From a virus (taxonomy: Duplodnaviria; Caudoviricetes), in the IMG/VR virus record IMGVR_UViG_3300036785_000484, positions 1 through 63,688 of that record: a DNA stretch of 63,688 nucleotides; one strand, given 5' to 3'. A model generated the notes under the pieces. It saw only the letters and a program-made list of their open reading frames with translations. It was not told the DNA's origin and did no database searches. Each line of letters begins with the position of its first letter. The stretch's first letter is position 1. This document shows positions 47,709 through 56,370 of the stretch, piece after piece. The position numbers were made by a program, and so were the translations under genes.

Positions 47709-49325
47709 CTACTTGAAGTAACTGACCCTCACTTTGTCGCCCGAGAGCGGCGCGGTGAGGTACGTGATGGTCGCGCCCGAAATGGTGTAATCATTGCCCG
47801 CGCCGGGCTCCTGCTGCAGCCCGTTCAAGTACACCTCCTCGGTCCCCGCGATGGGGGTGTTGGCCAGGGTGAAGGTGACGTTGGAGCCGTTCACCGAGCC
47901 GGACGGCGTTTCTCGGGTGATCCGGTTGGTGGCGTTCAGGTAATCGGCACCGGCGGTGTTGCTGGCCGCGCTGATGGCGGTGCCGTTGCCTTTCAGCAGG
48001 CCGGTGATGCTGGTCTGCACAGTGATGGCCGGGGTGGTGGTGGCTGTGGCCACGGTGCCCGCGAACCCGTTGGCGGAGGCGACCGACACGCTGGTGACCG
48101 TGCCGCCACCGGCACCGGCGTTGGTGATGCTGTACGCGGCGTCCCACGTCCCGGCGGTGGTGCCGATGTTGGTGACGGTGGCCAGCAGCTGCGAGGACGC
48201 GGCCATCGTGATGAGCAGGCTGCCGCCGTTCATGTTGACGGTGATGGTGCCGGTGGAGCGGTTGGTGATCCAGAACGATTGACCGGCGACCAGGGTGGTG
48301 GCGTTGGGCAGTACCAGGGTCTGGTTCAAGGTGCCGGTGAACTGGGTCAGGCCGGGAGATGCGACGGTCAGCGTGGTGGTGGTACCGCCGGTGGCGATGC
48401 TCTGCACCGTCTCGATCAGGCTGTTGAACGCGGCATTGCCGTTGGCGTCGCGGAAAGCGACCGTCGATGCGGTGGACAAGGCCGTCATCGGGACGGCGGT
48501 CGGGGTGGCGGCGGAGCCGGTGGCGTTGGCGATGACGCTGTTGGCGGCCAGGTTCGCCATCTTGGCCAGCGTCACGGCGGCGGCGGCGATGGTGGTGGCG
48601 TTCGACCCGGCAGCGGCGGTGACATCGCCGGTCAGCGCGGCGCGACCCAGCTGGTTACCGGTCTTCGTCAACGACGAGTCGACGGTGACCTCCCCGGCGC
48701 CGGAAAACATCGTCCACTGCATGTTGTTGGTGCCGTAGACGAATCCCGACCCCGACGACGGGACGACGACGGTGTAGCCGCTGCCCGCCGTGATCGACGT
48801 GCCGTTCTCCACGAACACGTAGTCCCCGGCCGGGTTCTCGCTGCCGGACTGCTCGGGGGCGCGGGCCACCGTCAGGTTGGTGGTGTTGGCCGAGCACTTG
48901 TAGAGGCCGTTTGCTGGTTGGCTGGTGTAGTTTCCCGCGCCGCCCGCCGCGCCGGTCGCTGCGGGCGCGTTCATGATCAGGATGTAGTCGTTGACGGCGA
49001 TGGCGACACCGTCGACCGTGGTGCCGCCGATCTGCGTGACGCTGCCCGAGGAGATCGTCAACGTCTCCGTCACGGTCGCGGCCCGCGCCGACGGCTTGGT
49101 GTCCAGGCCCTGCGCCACACTGTCGACGTAGCCCTTGGTGGCCAGCGACGTGGACGAGGTGGGGGTGATACCCGCCTGCTCCCCGGTGAACGCGCGGGTG
49201 CCGTCGGCCTTGATGTAGGAGGTGGCGAGCTGGCCGTCGGTGATCCCCGCCGCAGCGGCCAGCTGGGTGGTGGTGATGGTGGCGGAGCGTATCTGCTTGC
49301 CACCGTCAATCTGCTGCTGGGTCAT
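47709..49325 (-). CDS. long fibre-like protein
   Basis: ATKGYVDSVAQGLDTK, VFVENG, QWTMFSGAG, LTGDVT, VTLAKM, VTSVSV, YLNGLQQEPG..DYT; RBS AAAGG. Confidence 0.8.
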   Translation of the reverse strand: MTQQQIDGGKQIRSATITTTQLAAAAGITDGQLATSYIKADGTRAFTGEQAGITPTSSTSLATKGYVDSVAQGLDTKPSARAATVTETLTISSGSVTQIGGTTVDGVAIAVNDYILIMNAPAATGAAGGAGNYTSQPANGLYKCSANTTNLTVARAPEQSGSENPAGDYVFVENGTSITAGSGYTVVVPSSGSGFVYGTNNMQWTMFSGAGEVTVDSSLTKTGNQLGRAALTGDVTAAAGSNATTIAAAAVTLAKMANLAANSVIANATGSAATPTAVPMTALSTASTVAFRDANGNAAFNSLIETVQSIATGGTTTTLTVASPGLTQFTGTLNQTLVLPNATTLVAGQSFWITNRSTGTITVNMNGGSLLITMAASSQLLATVTNIGTTAGTWDAAYSITNAGAGGGTVTSVSVASANGFAGTVATATTTPAITVQTSITGLLKGNGTAISAASNTAGADYLNATNRITRETPSGSVNGSNVTFTLANTPIAGTEEVYLNGLQQEPGAGNDYTISGATITYLTAPLSGDKVRVSYFK

Positions 49326-49336
49326 GGGTCAGCCTT

Positions 49337-49747
49337 TCACTGGACGATGTAGTCAACGCTCAGGTCGTCGGTGGGTTGTGGTGCTACCGAGAACGTAATC
49401 TGGCTGGCGCCGGTCTCGGTGTATCCCGAGCCGCGCGTCTCACGCAGCCCGTTCCGGTAGACCGCCGTGGTATCGGTGCGGTAGGGCTGCGCGGTATCGA
49501 AGTTCGTGTTGACCCCGTTTTTGACGCCCGAAGGTGCTTCTCCGACAACAGGATTGCCGGTACCGGGCGGTCCGGGTTCTCCGGGTGGCCCGGGCGGACC
49601 GGCCGGTCCGCCCCCGGAGACGGTGACCCCGAACACCGGGACATCGACGGTGACCTGCGGGACAGGCACCTGGACGGTGATGTCGAACTGCGGAACCTCG
49701 ACCGTGATCTCGCCGATGGCCTGGTCGGTGACGATCTCATCCGTCAT
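49337..49747 (-). CDS. collagen-like connector protein
   Basis: GPAGPPGPPGEPGPPG; C-terminal ExPSGxxNGxNxxF...NGL domain shared with 47709..49325. Confidence 0.75.
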   Translation of the reverse strand: MTDEIVTDQAIGEITVEVPQFDITVQVPVPQVTVDVPVFGVTVSGGGPAGPPGPPGEPGPPGTGNPVVGEAPSGVKNGVNTNFDTAQPYRTDTTAVYRNGLRETRGSGYTETGASQITFSVAPQPTDDLSVDYIVQ

Positions 49748-50196
49748 GGCAGCCGGGTGACGTCAGCGTCCAGCGTGATCGTGCCCTGCACCAGGGTGAT
49801 GACCGGGTCTGGGTTAGTCGGGTCGCTGATCTGGCAGTCCCATACCCCGGTGTAGGTCTGGATCTGCTGGGTGGCGCCGGTCTGGGGGTTGGTGCTTCTC
49901 CGTATGGTCCCGGTCCCGGCCAGCCGGGCGGTGTCGACTGACGATAAAACGACAGCAGCAGGTCCACTGCCGACCGGGGGCGTGATCAGAAACGACGCGT
50001 CGATCGGGGTGGAAGGGTTACGGTCCTTACGTACCTGAGCGTTCCAGTCCATGCCCGTGACGAGCGAGGTCGGCGCGGTGATCTGAATGGTGAGGGTGTC
50101 GCCGCCGTAGGCGGCGATGTCGACCTCCTGAGGCCTGGTGTCGATGGTCTCCGCAGCCGCTACAGGCTCAACTTCCAGACGCTGCTCAGGGGACAT
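49744..50196 (-). CDS. BppU-N-like fibre anchoring protein
   Basis: DIAAYGGDT...AQVR...GVWDCQI...TLVQGTITLDADVTR; start could be 50205. Confidence 0.65.
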   Translation of the reverse strand: MSPEQRLEVEPVAAAETIDTRPQEVDIAAYGGDTLTIQITAPTSLVTGMDWNAQVRKDRNPSTPIDASFLITPPVGSGPAAVVLSSVDTARLAGTGTIRRSTNPQTGATQQIQTYTGVWDCQISDPTNPDPVITLVQGTITLDADVTRLP

Positions 50197-50203
50197 AGGG
50201 CAC

Positions 50204-50282
50204 ATGGTCGCAGATTCAGACGGGGCCGGATCATTGACACGCCAGCAATCGACCGGGCAGCACCTGCGCTGTGTGCGACCAT
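50204..50282. promoter_or_regulatory. divergent promoter pair (TGCGACCAT on both strands) flanking a GACAC box
   Basis: TGCGACCAT at 50274-50282(+) and 50212-50204(-), 6-7 nt from the start codons; GACAC at 50236. Confidence 0.6.
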
Positions 50283-50288
50283 CAGGCC

Positions 50289-52586
50289 GTGTCACATTAC
50301 ACACCCGATGACATCGCGCTGGGTATCATCGCCGAGGGACAGCGGCGCGGGGTCACCCAGAAGGGCATCCAGATCGCCATCTCCACCGGCCTGGTGGAGA
50401 GCAACTTGACGATGTACGCCAACCACGCGGACCCGGAAAGCCTCACCTACCCGCACGACGCCATCGGCTCCGATGCCAACAGTGTCGGGGTGTTCCAGCA
50501 GCGCGACCCGTGGTGGGGCAACTGCTATGAGCGCATGCACGTCCCCGACAGCTCCGGCCTGTTCTTCGACTCGCTGGTGGATCAGCGAATCGGCGGCGAT
50601 GACTACAACACCAACGCCACCACCCCCGGCGGCTGGGCGCAGATGGTGCAGCAGAGCGCATACCCGGACCGCTACGACGAACGGTATCCGGAGGCGTGTG
50701 AGATCTATGACCGCCTGGTAGGTCAAACAACGGGAGGAGCCCCGCTCGTGGGTGAGAAGGTACTGGCCTATGACCACAGCATCGTGCCGCAGGAGACCGG
50801 CTACTGGTGCGGCCCGGCTAGCGCGCAGGTCTGCCTGAACATCCGGGGCATCTATGTCCCCGAATCCCAACTAGCCGAGGAGTGCGGCACCGACCAGGGC
50901 GGCACCGACTATGTGGCGCTGATCGAACGGTGCCTGGACCCGAGACTCCCGGAAGCCAACTACACCAGCGTCGACGCCCCCCACGACCCACCCACCGCCG
51001 ACGAGAAGGACCGGCTGTGGGACGGCATCCTGCGGTCCATCAACTCCGGGTACGGGATCGTGATGAACTGGGTCGCCCCACCGGCGAACTACCCGGTTGG
51101 GATCAAAGGGTCACAGTCCCCCAGCTACGGCGGCGGGACCATCTACCACTACGTCACCTGCGCCGGTTACGACGACAACCCCGCTCAGCGGGCGGTGTGG
51201 ATCGCCGACTCCGGTTTTCAGCCGTTCGGCTACTGGATGAGCTTCGACCAGTGCGCCACCCTGATCCCACCCAAAGCAGCGTGCTACGCCAACCTGCCCC
51301 ACCCCACCTCGGAGGCACCGGTGCCTGACTACGTCCGACTCGACTACGAGCAGAAATGCGGACCCATCGACCCGGCCACCGGGTACGGCACCGGCTGGCC
51401 GCAGCTGGGTGTCAACGAGCAGGGTCAGAACCTGTACCTGGTGGACGCGCTGTCCGACATCCTGCATCTGCTGGAGCAGGGCAAGTCGTCGGTGCACTGG
51501 CGCGCTGAGTACGCCGCGCCCAAGACCCCGCTCGACTACGCGAAGCTGGACTACGAGCAGAACGCCGGACCGGTCGGCGAAGACGGCTACGGGCACGGCT
51601 GGCCGCAGCTGGGTGGCCGTAGCATCACCGACGCGGTCGCGCACATCAAGAACACCCTGGCGGGTGGTGAGCCCCCTTTCCCCCCTAACCCCGGCGGAGG
51701 GGGGTCCGGGCGGTTAGCGATCCTGACGTTCGCCGGGACCTGGGCGGCACCGGGGGTCGGGTTCCCCAGCGATGTGGCTCAGGCCTGCGCCGACGTGGCT
51801 GACGAGGTCCCCGTCCAGGCACCGTGGAGCTTCGGTAAGCCGGTGAGCTACGCCGAATCTGTGAGGATCGGTGTGGACTGGGCGGTGGACTGGACCCTGA
51901 CCCACGCCGACCGACCGGTCATCCTCGGCGGATACAGCCAGGGCGGCGAGGCGGCGGCCCGGGTCCGGATGGAGTTCGAACCCGGCGGTCGGCTCGCGCA
52001 GCTGCACCCCAACTATGTCGCCGGGTACGTGTTCGGGAACCCGTCCCGCCACCTGGAGAAGACGTTCCACGGCGGGCCGCCGACCGACGGTGAAGGGATC
52101 GCCCAGTTCCGGCTGCCGCTGCTCGGGGACGAGTGGTGCGAACTGGTCGACACCTACGACATGTACGCCGGGGTGCCCGCCACCCTGACCGGGGAAATCA
52201 TGCGGGACGTGTACACGCTCTGCACCGAACTGGAGCTCGGCGGCGGTTTCGAGGAGACATTCGTCGCCAACTGCCTCGCGCTGCTCGGCAACCTCGACGG
52301 GGACGCCTACGACGACGTGAAACGCGGCATGTACCGGCACGGCATCGACATCGAGGAAGCGCAGCTGCTCCCCGAGGCCGTGATCAACCCACTCACGGAC
52401 CGGCTGATCTCCGTCAAAGGCATCGCCGCCGCCATCCAGGCGTGCGTGCTGGGGATCCAGTTCATCTGCTGGCAGCCACCCACCGCCCCGCACATAGAAT
52501 ATGGAATCAGAGAAGTTTTCCCGGGCCAAACCTACGTTCAGCTGGCCATACAGCACGTACATCATTGGGCCGCAGTGCGGGTGTAG
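50289..52586 (+). CDS. lysin A - lysin B fusion (lysozyme-like + C39-like peptidase + 2 wall-binding repeats + alpha/beta-hydrolase)
   Basis: LVES...SVGVFQQR; QETGYWCGPAS...HY...IADSG; two GWPQLG repeats; GYSQG and FGNP in one uninterrupted frame. Confidence 0.88.
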   Translation: MSHYTPDDIALGIIAEGQRRGVTQKGIQIAISTGLVESNLTMYANHADPESLTYPHDAIGSDANSVGVFQQRDPWWGNCYERMHVPDSSGLFFDSLVDQRIGGDDYNTNATTPGGWAQMVQQSAYPDRYDERYPEACEIYDRLVGQTTGGAPLVGEKVLAYDHSIVPQETGYWCGPASAQVCLNIRGIYVPESQLAEECGTDQGGTDYVALIERCLDPRLPEANYTSVDAPHDPPTADEKDRLWDGILRSINSGYGIVMNWVAPPANYPVGIKGSQSPSYGGGTIYHYVTCAGYDDNPAQRAVWIADSGFQPFGYWMSFDQCATLIPPKAACYANLPHPTSEAPVPDYVRLDYEQKCGPIDPATGYGTGWPQLGVNEQGQNLYLVDALSDILHLLEQGKSSVHWRAEYAAPKTPLDYAKLDYEQNAGPVGEDGYGHGWPQLGGRSITDAVAHIKNTLAGGEPPFPPNPGGGGSGRLAILTFAGTWAAPGVGFPSDVAQACADVADEVPVQAPWSFGKPVSYAESVRIGVDWAVDWTLTHADRPVILGGYSQGGEAAARVRMEFEPGGRLAQLHPNYVAGYVFGNPSRHLEKTFHGGPPTDGEGIAQFRLPLLGDEWCELVDTYDMYAGVPATLTGEIMRDVYTLCTELELGGGFEETFVANCLALLGNLDGDAYDDVKRGMYRHGIDIEEAQLLPEAVINPLTDRLISVKGIAAAIQACVLGIQFICWQPPTAPHIEYGIREVFPGQTYVQLAIQHVHHWAAVRV

Positions 52587-52596
52587 TATCACATTT

Positions 52597-53169
52597 GTGT
52601 CAGCTGAGGAATGGCGGTCGGTAGTCGGCTGGGAGGACCTGTACGAAGTCAGCTCACTTGGCCGGGTACGTGTTCTCGACAGGATCATCCAACGGCATGG
52701 TCGGCCACAGAAGCATGGCGGGAATCTCGGCGGCAGCTATGTGAAGCGCGGTCATCTGCTCTCGCCATATAGGACACCGCCGATGGACTACCTCACCGTG
52801 AACTTGGAGCGGGGGGATGAAAAGCGCCGCGTGCGCATTCACACGCTGGTGATCGAAGCGTTTGTCGGGCCACGGCCAGGCGGCCTTGAGGCGTGTCACG
52901 GTCCCGGCGGCTCAGACGATAACAGCCGTCCGAATCTCAGATGGGACACCAGACGCGAGAATATGTTGGACGAGGTACGTCACGGCACCCACCACAACGC
53001 CGTGAAGACGCACTGCAAGCGCAACCATGAGTTCACGCCCGAGAACACCAGGATCAATCCCACCAGCGGGTCGCGCCAATGTCGGCGCTGTGTCTACGAG
53101 GGGAATAAGGCGCGTATCTTGGCTAAGGCGTCGGCGGTTCTGCCGGGGGTGGCGGCGGAGCCGGGGTGA
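52597..53169 (+). CDS. NUMOD4-HNH homing endonuclease
   Basis: EEWRSVVGWEDLYEVSSLGRVR; IHTLVIEAFVG..CH..NLRW; KTHCKRNH. Confidence 0.92.
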   Translation: MSAEEWRSVVGWEDLYEVSSLGRVRVLDRIIQRHGRPQKHGGNLGGSYVKRGHLLSPYRTPPMDYLTVNLERGDEKRRVRIHTLVIEAFVGPRPGGLEACHGPGGSDDNSRPNLRWDTRRENMLDEVRHGTHHNAVKTHCKRNHEFTPENTRINPTSGSRQCRRCVYEGNKARILAKASAVLPGVAAEPG

Positions 53170-53590
53170 GACCCGGCGGTGGCCATTGATCCTGAGGGGT
53201 CGGACCCGTTATCGCCCACGGCACACCCCACCCATCCGGGATCACATCGGGGTCGGGACGGCCAGGGTGATCCGGCTGGCCGGGGAACACCCGCCAGCAC
53301 TGCCACATCTGCGCGATGGGGATGAACCCGCCCCATTCACAGTGAATGTGGCCCTCGATGGTGAAATTGAAGTCGCAGTAGCCGCCACCGGCGCCGAGGA
53401 CGTTGACGGCGGTCCCCACACCGGGGCAGAGCAGGAGTGCCGCCGCACCGGGAGTCAGGCCGGGGCTGATGCCCGGCTCACCGCCGAGACCGTTCCCGCT
53501 ACCTCCCGGGTCACCCGACGCAGTCGGGGCAGGCAGCAGGATGACCAGTCCAGCCAGGGCCGCGAAGGCAAGCCTGGCTGGACTGGTCAT
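53123..53590 (-). CDS. secreted Cys/Pro-rich protein
   Basis: Sec signal peptide ending PTASG-DP; 4 Cys; Pro-rich tail; leaderless after GATACT. Confidence 0.7.
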   Translation of the reverse strand: MTSPARLAFAALAGLVILLPAPTASGDPGGSGNGLGGEPGISPGLTPGAAALLLCPGVGTAVNVLGAGGGYCDFNFTIEGHIHCEWGGFIPIAQMWQCWRVFPGQPDHPGRPDPDVIPDGWGVPWAITGPTPQDQWPPPGLTPAPPPPPAEPPTP

Positions 53591-53650
53591 CCCCGAAGTA
53601 TCAGCGCGCCATCCACACCGGCCGGGTTACCACGCCGACAATGTAAGCCC

Positions 53651-53959
53651 ATGACCGAACCCGAGCCCAAGCCGCCGTTGCTGCCCCGCTGGTTCGCCAC
53701 CAAGGGACCACAACCCGGCTGGCTGGCCGAGTACTGGTCGATGATCCTGGCGGTGCTCAGCGCGGTGGTGGTGCTGCTCAACACCCTCGTCACCGTGCAG
53801 GGGATGAGCGTCACGACCGAGAAATGGGTGAACGCCGTGGTGGCGTGGGTCGCGGCGGGCGCGCTGTTCCTGCAGAGCCGGTATAAGAACGTGGGCGCTA
53901 TCGCGAAGTGGCGCGCCCAGGTGCGTGCCGAGGAGGCCGAGAAGCCGACGGAGGGCTAG
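53651..53959 (+). CDS. holin-like membrane protein
   Basis: Two TM segments and a charged C-terminus; downstream of the lysin. Confidence 0.6.
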   Translation: MTEPEPKPPLLPRWFATKGPQPGWLAEYWSMILAVLSAVVVLLNTLVTVQGMSVTTEKWVNAVVAWVAAGALFLQSRYKNVGAIAKWRAQVRAEEAEKPTEG

Positions 53960-54222
53960 GCCGTGCGGGGCTGGTACAGCGGGGGCAGCTCGTCGTCCAG
54001 TTCGTTCTTGATCTGATAGATACGCGGGGTGGAGAGCCCGGTCTCCTCACGGACCGGGGTGACAGTCACTCCCTCATCGAACGCGTCACGGATCGCTGAG
54101 CGCAGTCTCAGCTCCGACTCCCACGCCAGCTGACGCTTCTCGTCCAGGTCAGCCGCCGCCGACCGGAGAAGCGCACGGTGCCGTTCCTCCACCTCAGGCG
54201 GTGCGCCCTTTCGATTAGCCAT
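53956..54222 (-). CDS. small HTH DNA-binding protein
   Basis: AIRDAFDEGVTVTPVREETGLSTPRIYQI; leaderless after TATAGT. Confidence 0.75.
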   Translation of the reverse strand: MANRKGAPPEVEERHRALLRSAAADLDEKRQLAWESELRLRSAIRDAFDEGVTVTPVREETGLSTPRIYQIKNELDDELPPLYQPRTA

Positions 54223-54272
54223 AAAAGGTGACTATACCCCGCTATCAATTAAAACGCTAAACTAGCTAACTT

Positions 54273-54650
54273 ATGGTTGCCCGCTGCCCAGTCAAGGGAT
54301 GTGTTAAACAGGTCTACGCCCTAGGGCTTTGTAAGCGTCACTGGGACAAACAGCGTCGTTATGGCGACGTGAATCACGAACGACCTCGTCGCGAGAGTCA
54401 CTGGGCGTGGCGGGGTGATCAAGTTAGCTCGGGAGGAGTTCACGCCCGGCTCCGGGTATGGCATGGACCGGCCCGGCAGTATCCCTGTGTTGACTGCGGC
54501 GAGCCTGCCCTGGATTGGTCATTTAATGGCGGGCCAGGATTCAGTACCGATCTTGACCAGTACAAACCGAGGTGCCGGAAATGCCATTCCACAATGGACC
54601 GAAAACTAGGCTGCTGGTACCGCGCTACCAATAACCCAAACCTGGACTAG
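54273..54650 (+). CDS. HNH-like Zn-binding protein
   Basis: CPVKGC..GLCKRH; VHARL...CVDCG...WS...YKPRCRKCH. Confidence 0.75.
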   Translation: MVARCPVKGCVKQVYALGLCKRHWDKQRRYGDVNHERPRRESHWAWRGDQVSSGGVHARLRVWHGPARQYPCVDCGEPALDWSFNGGPGFSTDLDQYKPRCRKCHSTMDRKLGCWYRATNNPNLD

Positions 54651-54701
54651 ACTAGACCTTGGCCTGGCAAGCGGCCAGCCCCCTCCGAGAGGACCACGAC
54701 G

Positions 54702-55088
54702 ATGCCGACACAGACCGCCATGATGACGGTGGCGGAACTCACCTGCACCCGATCGTTCCTGGGGTTTTCGCAGACCCAGCTGGCCCGGCACCTGCAGATT
54801 GACCTGCGCCGATTGCAGCGGATGGAGAAGGGTGAGGAAGCCATCCCGTCCGGGATCGTGACCGAGATCGACGACATCTACGAGGAGACCGAGAACCTGG
54901 TCAACAACCTGATCCTGCAGTACCGGCGGAAACTCAAGAAGGCGGAGGAGACCGGGGATGATGTGATCCTCATTACCCAACGGGACGCGGAAGCGACCGG
55001 AAGGTATCCGGCGTCTTGGCACCGGGCTGTCGCCGCCCGCGTCGTCAGCGCGGTCCCCGGTCTCGTTATCGACTACGAACCCATCTAA
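54702..55088 (+). CDS. XRE-type HTH protein, DUF1870/YdiL (Aca2-like) family
   Basis: MTVAEL..RSFLGFSQTQLARHL...QRMEKGEEAIP; YPASWHRAVAARV. Confidence 0.7.
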   Translation: MPTQTAMMTVAELTCTRSFLGFSQTQLARHLQIDLRRLQRMEKGEEAIPSGIVTEIDDIYEETENLVNNLILQYRRKLKKAEETGDDVILITQRDAEATGRYPASWHRAVAARVVSAVPGLVIDYEPI

Positions 55089-56128
55089 CCCCGCCACTGC
55101 TTGATCTCCTCCTCATCCGCGAACGCCCCCGGGCAGCCCGCCGCCCCCAGGGAATGCCCGAACTGATCCATCCCGCCGGTCCCGGTCAGCCCGTGCCAGC
55201 CTTCCCCGCAGACCGGGCAGCGCTCCACATAGTCCCGCGCGTAGTCGTCCCGGGGACCCGAATCGAGCTGCTCGTTGACCAGCTCGTCTATCGCGTCCAG
55301 AACCTCCTGCTCGTCGTTCCCGGTCTTGGGAGCCCGCCTCGGGTCCCGCCGCCGGTTATAGCGGCTCCCAGGCGGAAATTCGCGTAGCCGGGCCGGGTCG
55401 GCGTACCGCTGGAACGCGGTCAGGGTGTCGTCCACCGTGTAGCGGGGCATCTGAGGCTGTCGGCTCACGGTCACCGGTCCCTCATAGAGCGGGGTCAGTC
55501 CTTCCAACCGTCGGACCGTGTTGGGGCTCAGCATGGTCGCCAGCAGCTCCGCCGGGATACCGAACGCGGCCGCGATCTGCTCCCGGTTCAATGGGACCGC
55601 CTCGGTGAAGTCGATAGTGTGCGGCCAGGACAGCAGCGGCTGACCGGAGTGGAACCGGATCTCGTGCAGCTCGGCGTCCCGGGTCCGCTCACTGAGCAGG
55701 CGTCGAGGATCAGGACAGCCCTGAATCTCGGTCCGATCACTGATCTGATAGTCACCCGGGTGGCAGGTGTTCCCCGGCAGCGCGTACCAGTCCAGCCCGG
55801 GGCAGCCCCACCACACCACGTAGCAGTCGATGCGCTCCGAGTCCACGAACCGGCGTTGCAAGTCGGGGAACTCGGTCACCCGTCGGGTGGTGATCATCCG
55901 GAACGCAGGCGGGTTGAGCAGCGTGGTGTCCGGGTCACGGGACCGGTTGAACGTGACACTGGCCTCCTCGATATCGTCCGGTCGGTCGGCGGCATGCACA
56001 GGCTGATCGCCGACCGGGAGGCGCATCTTCCACCAGTGCCAGTCGCCGTGCAGCAGCTCGCTGTTCCTCGGGTAGCGCGGCAGCTCGTGCGGGCGCAGCA
56101 GGATGCGCGTCATCAGCCGTAGTCCCAC
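55085..56128 (-). CDS. mosaic hypothetical protein
   Basis: Long ORF in the leftward operon; C-terminal IDELVNEQL...CPVC..WHGL. Confidence 0.65.
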   Translation of the reverse strand: MGLRLMTRILLRPHELPRYPRNSELLHGDWHWWKMRLPVGDQPVHAADRPDDIEEASVTFNRSRDPDTTLLNPPAFRMITTRRVTEFPDLQRRFVDSERIDCYVVWWGCPGLDWYALPGNTCHPGDYQISDRTEIQGCPDPRRLLSERTRDAELHEIRFHSGQPLLSWPHTIDFTEAVPLNREQIAAAFGIPAELLATMLSPNTVRRLEGLTPLYEGPVTVSRQPQMPRYTVDDTLTAFQRYADPARLREFPPGSRYNRRRDPRRAPKTGNDEQEVLDAIDELVNEQLDSGPRDDYARDYVERCPVCGEGWHGLTGTGGMDQFGHSLGAAGCPGAFADEEEIKQWRG

Positions 56129-56370
56129 TCTCGTTCACACCCCGGGAAGCAAGTCCGGTCCTGATGACACCGGGAACAGTCGTACCGGCACCACGGACCC
56201 CAATAGCTCGGCTCGATAGTGTCGAATAGCACCCAGTCATGCGGAAGATGGGCCCGGCAGCCGAAGCACCACCTCATCCTGCCCGGTTTCCGTCTGACCT
56301 CCCGGAACGGGCCAGTCGTGCAGATATGGCCGATGGTCCGGTCGCCTTCCGCGATCGGGTAACAGCTCAC
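56113..56370 (-). CDS. Cys-rich hypothetical protein
   Basis: WCFGCR...CSRC; coupled. Confidence 0.65.
   Translation of the reverse strand: MSCYPIAEGDRTIGHICTTGPFREVRRKPGRMRWCFGCRAHLPHDWVLFDTIEPSYWGPWCRYDCSRCHQDRTCFPGCEREWDYG

Noticed and set aside
53956-55088. Integration/immunity cassette
   Set aside because: HTH genes are present, but no tyrosine or serine integrase is visible, so lifestyle is undetermined
55530-55600. Portal-like fragment REQIAAAFGIPAELL in 55085..56128
   Set aside because: A single short motif with no other portal blocks; insufficient without a profile search
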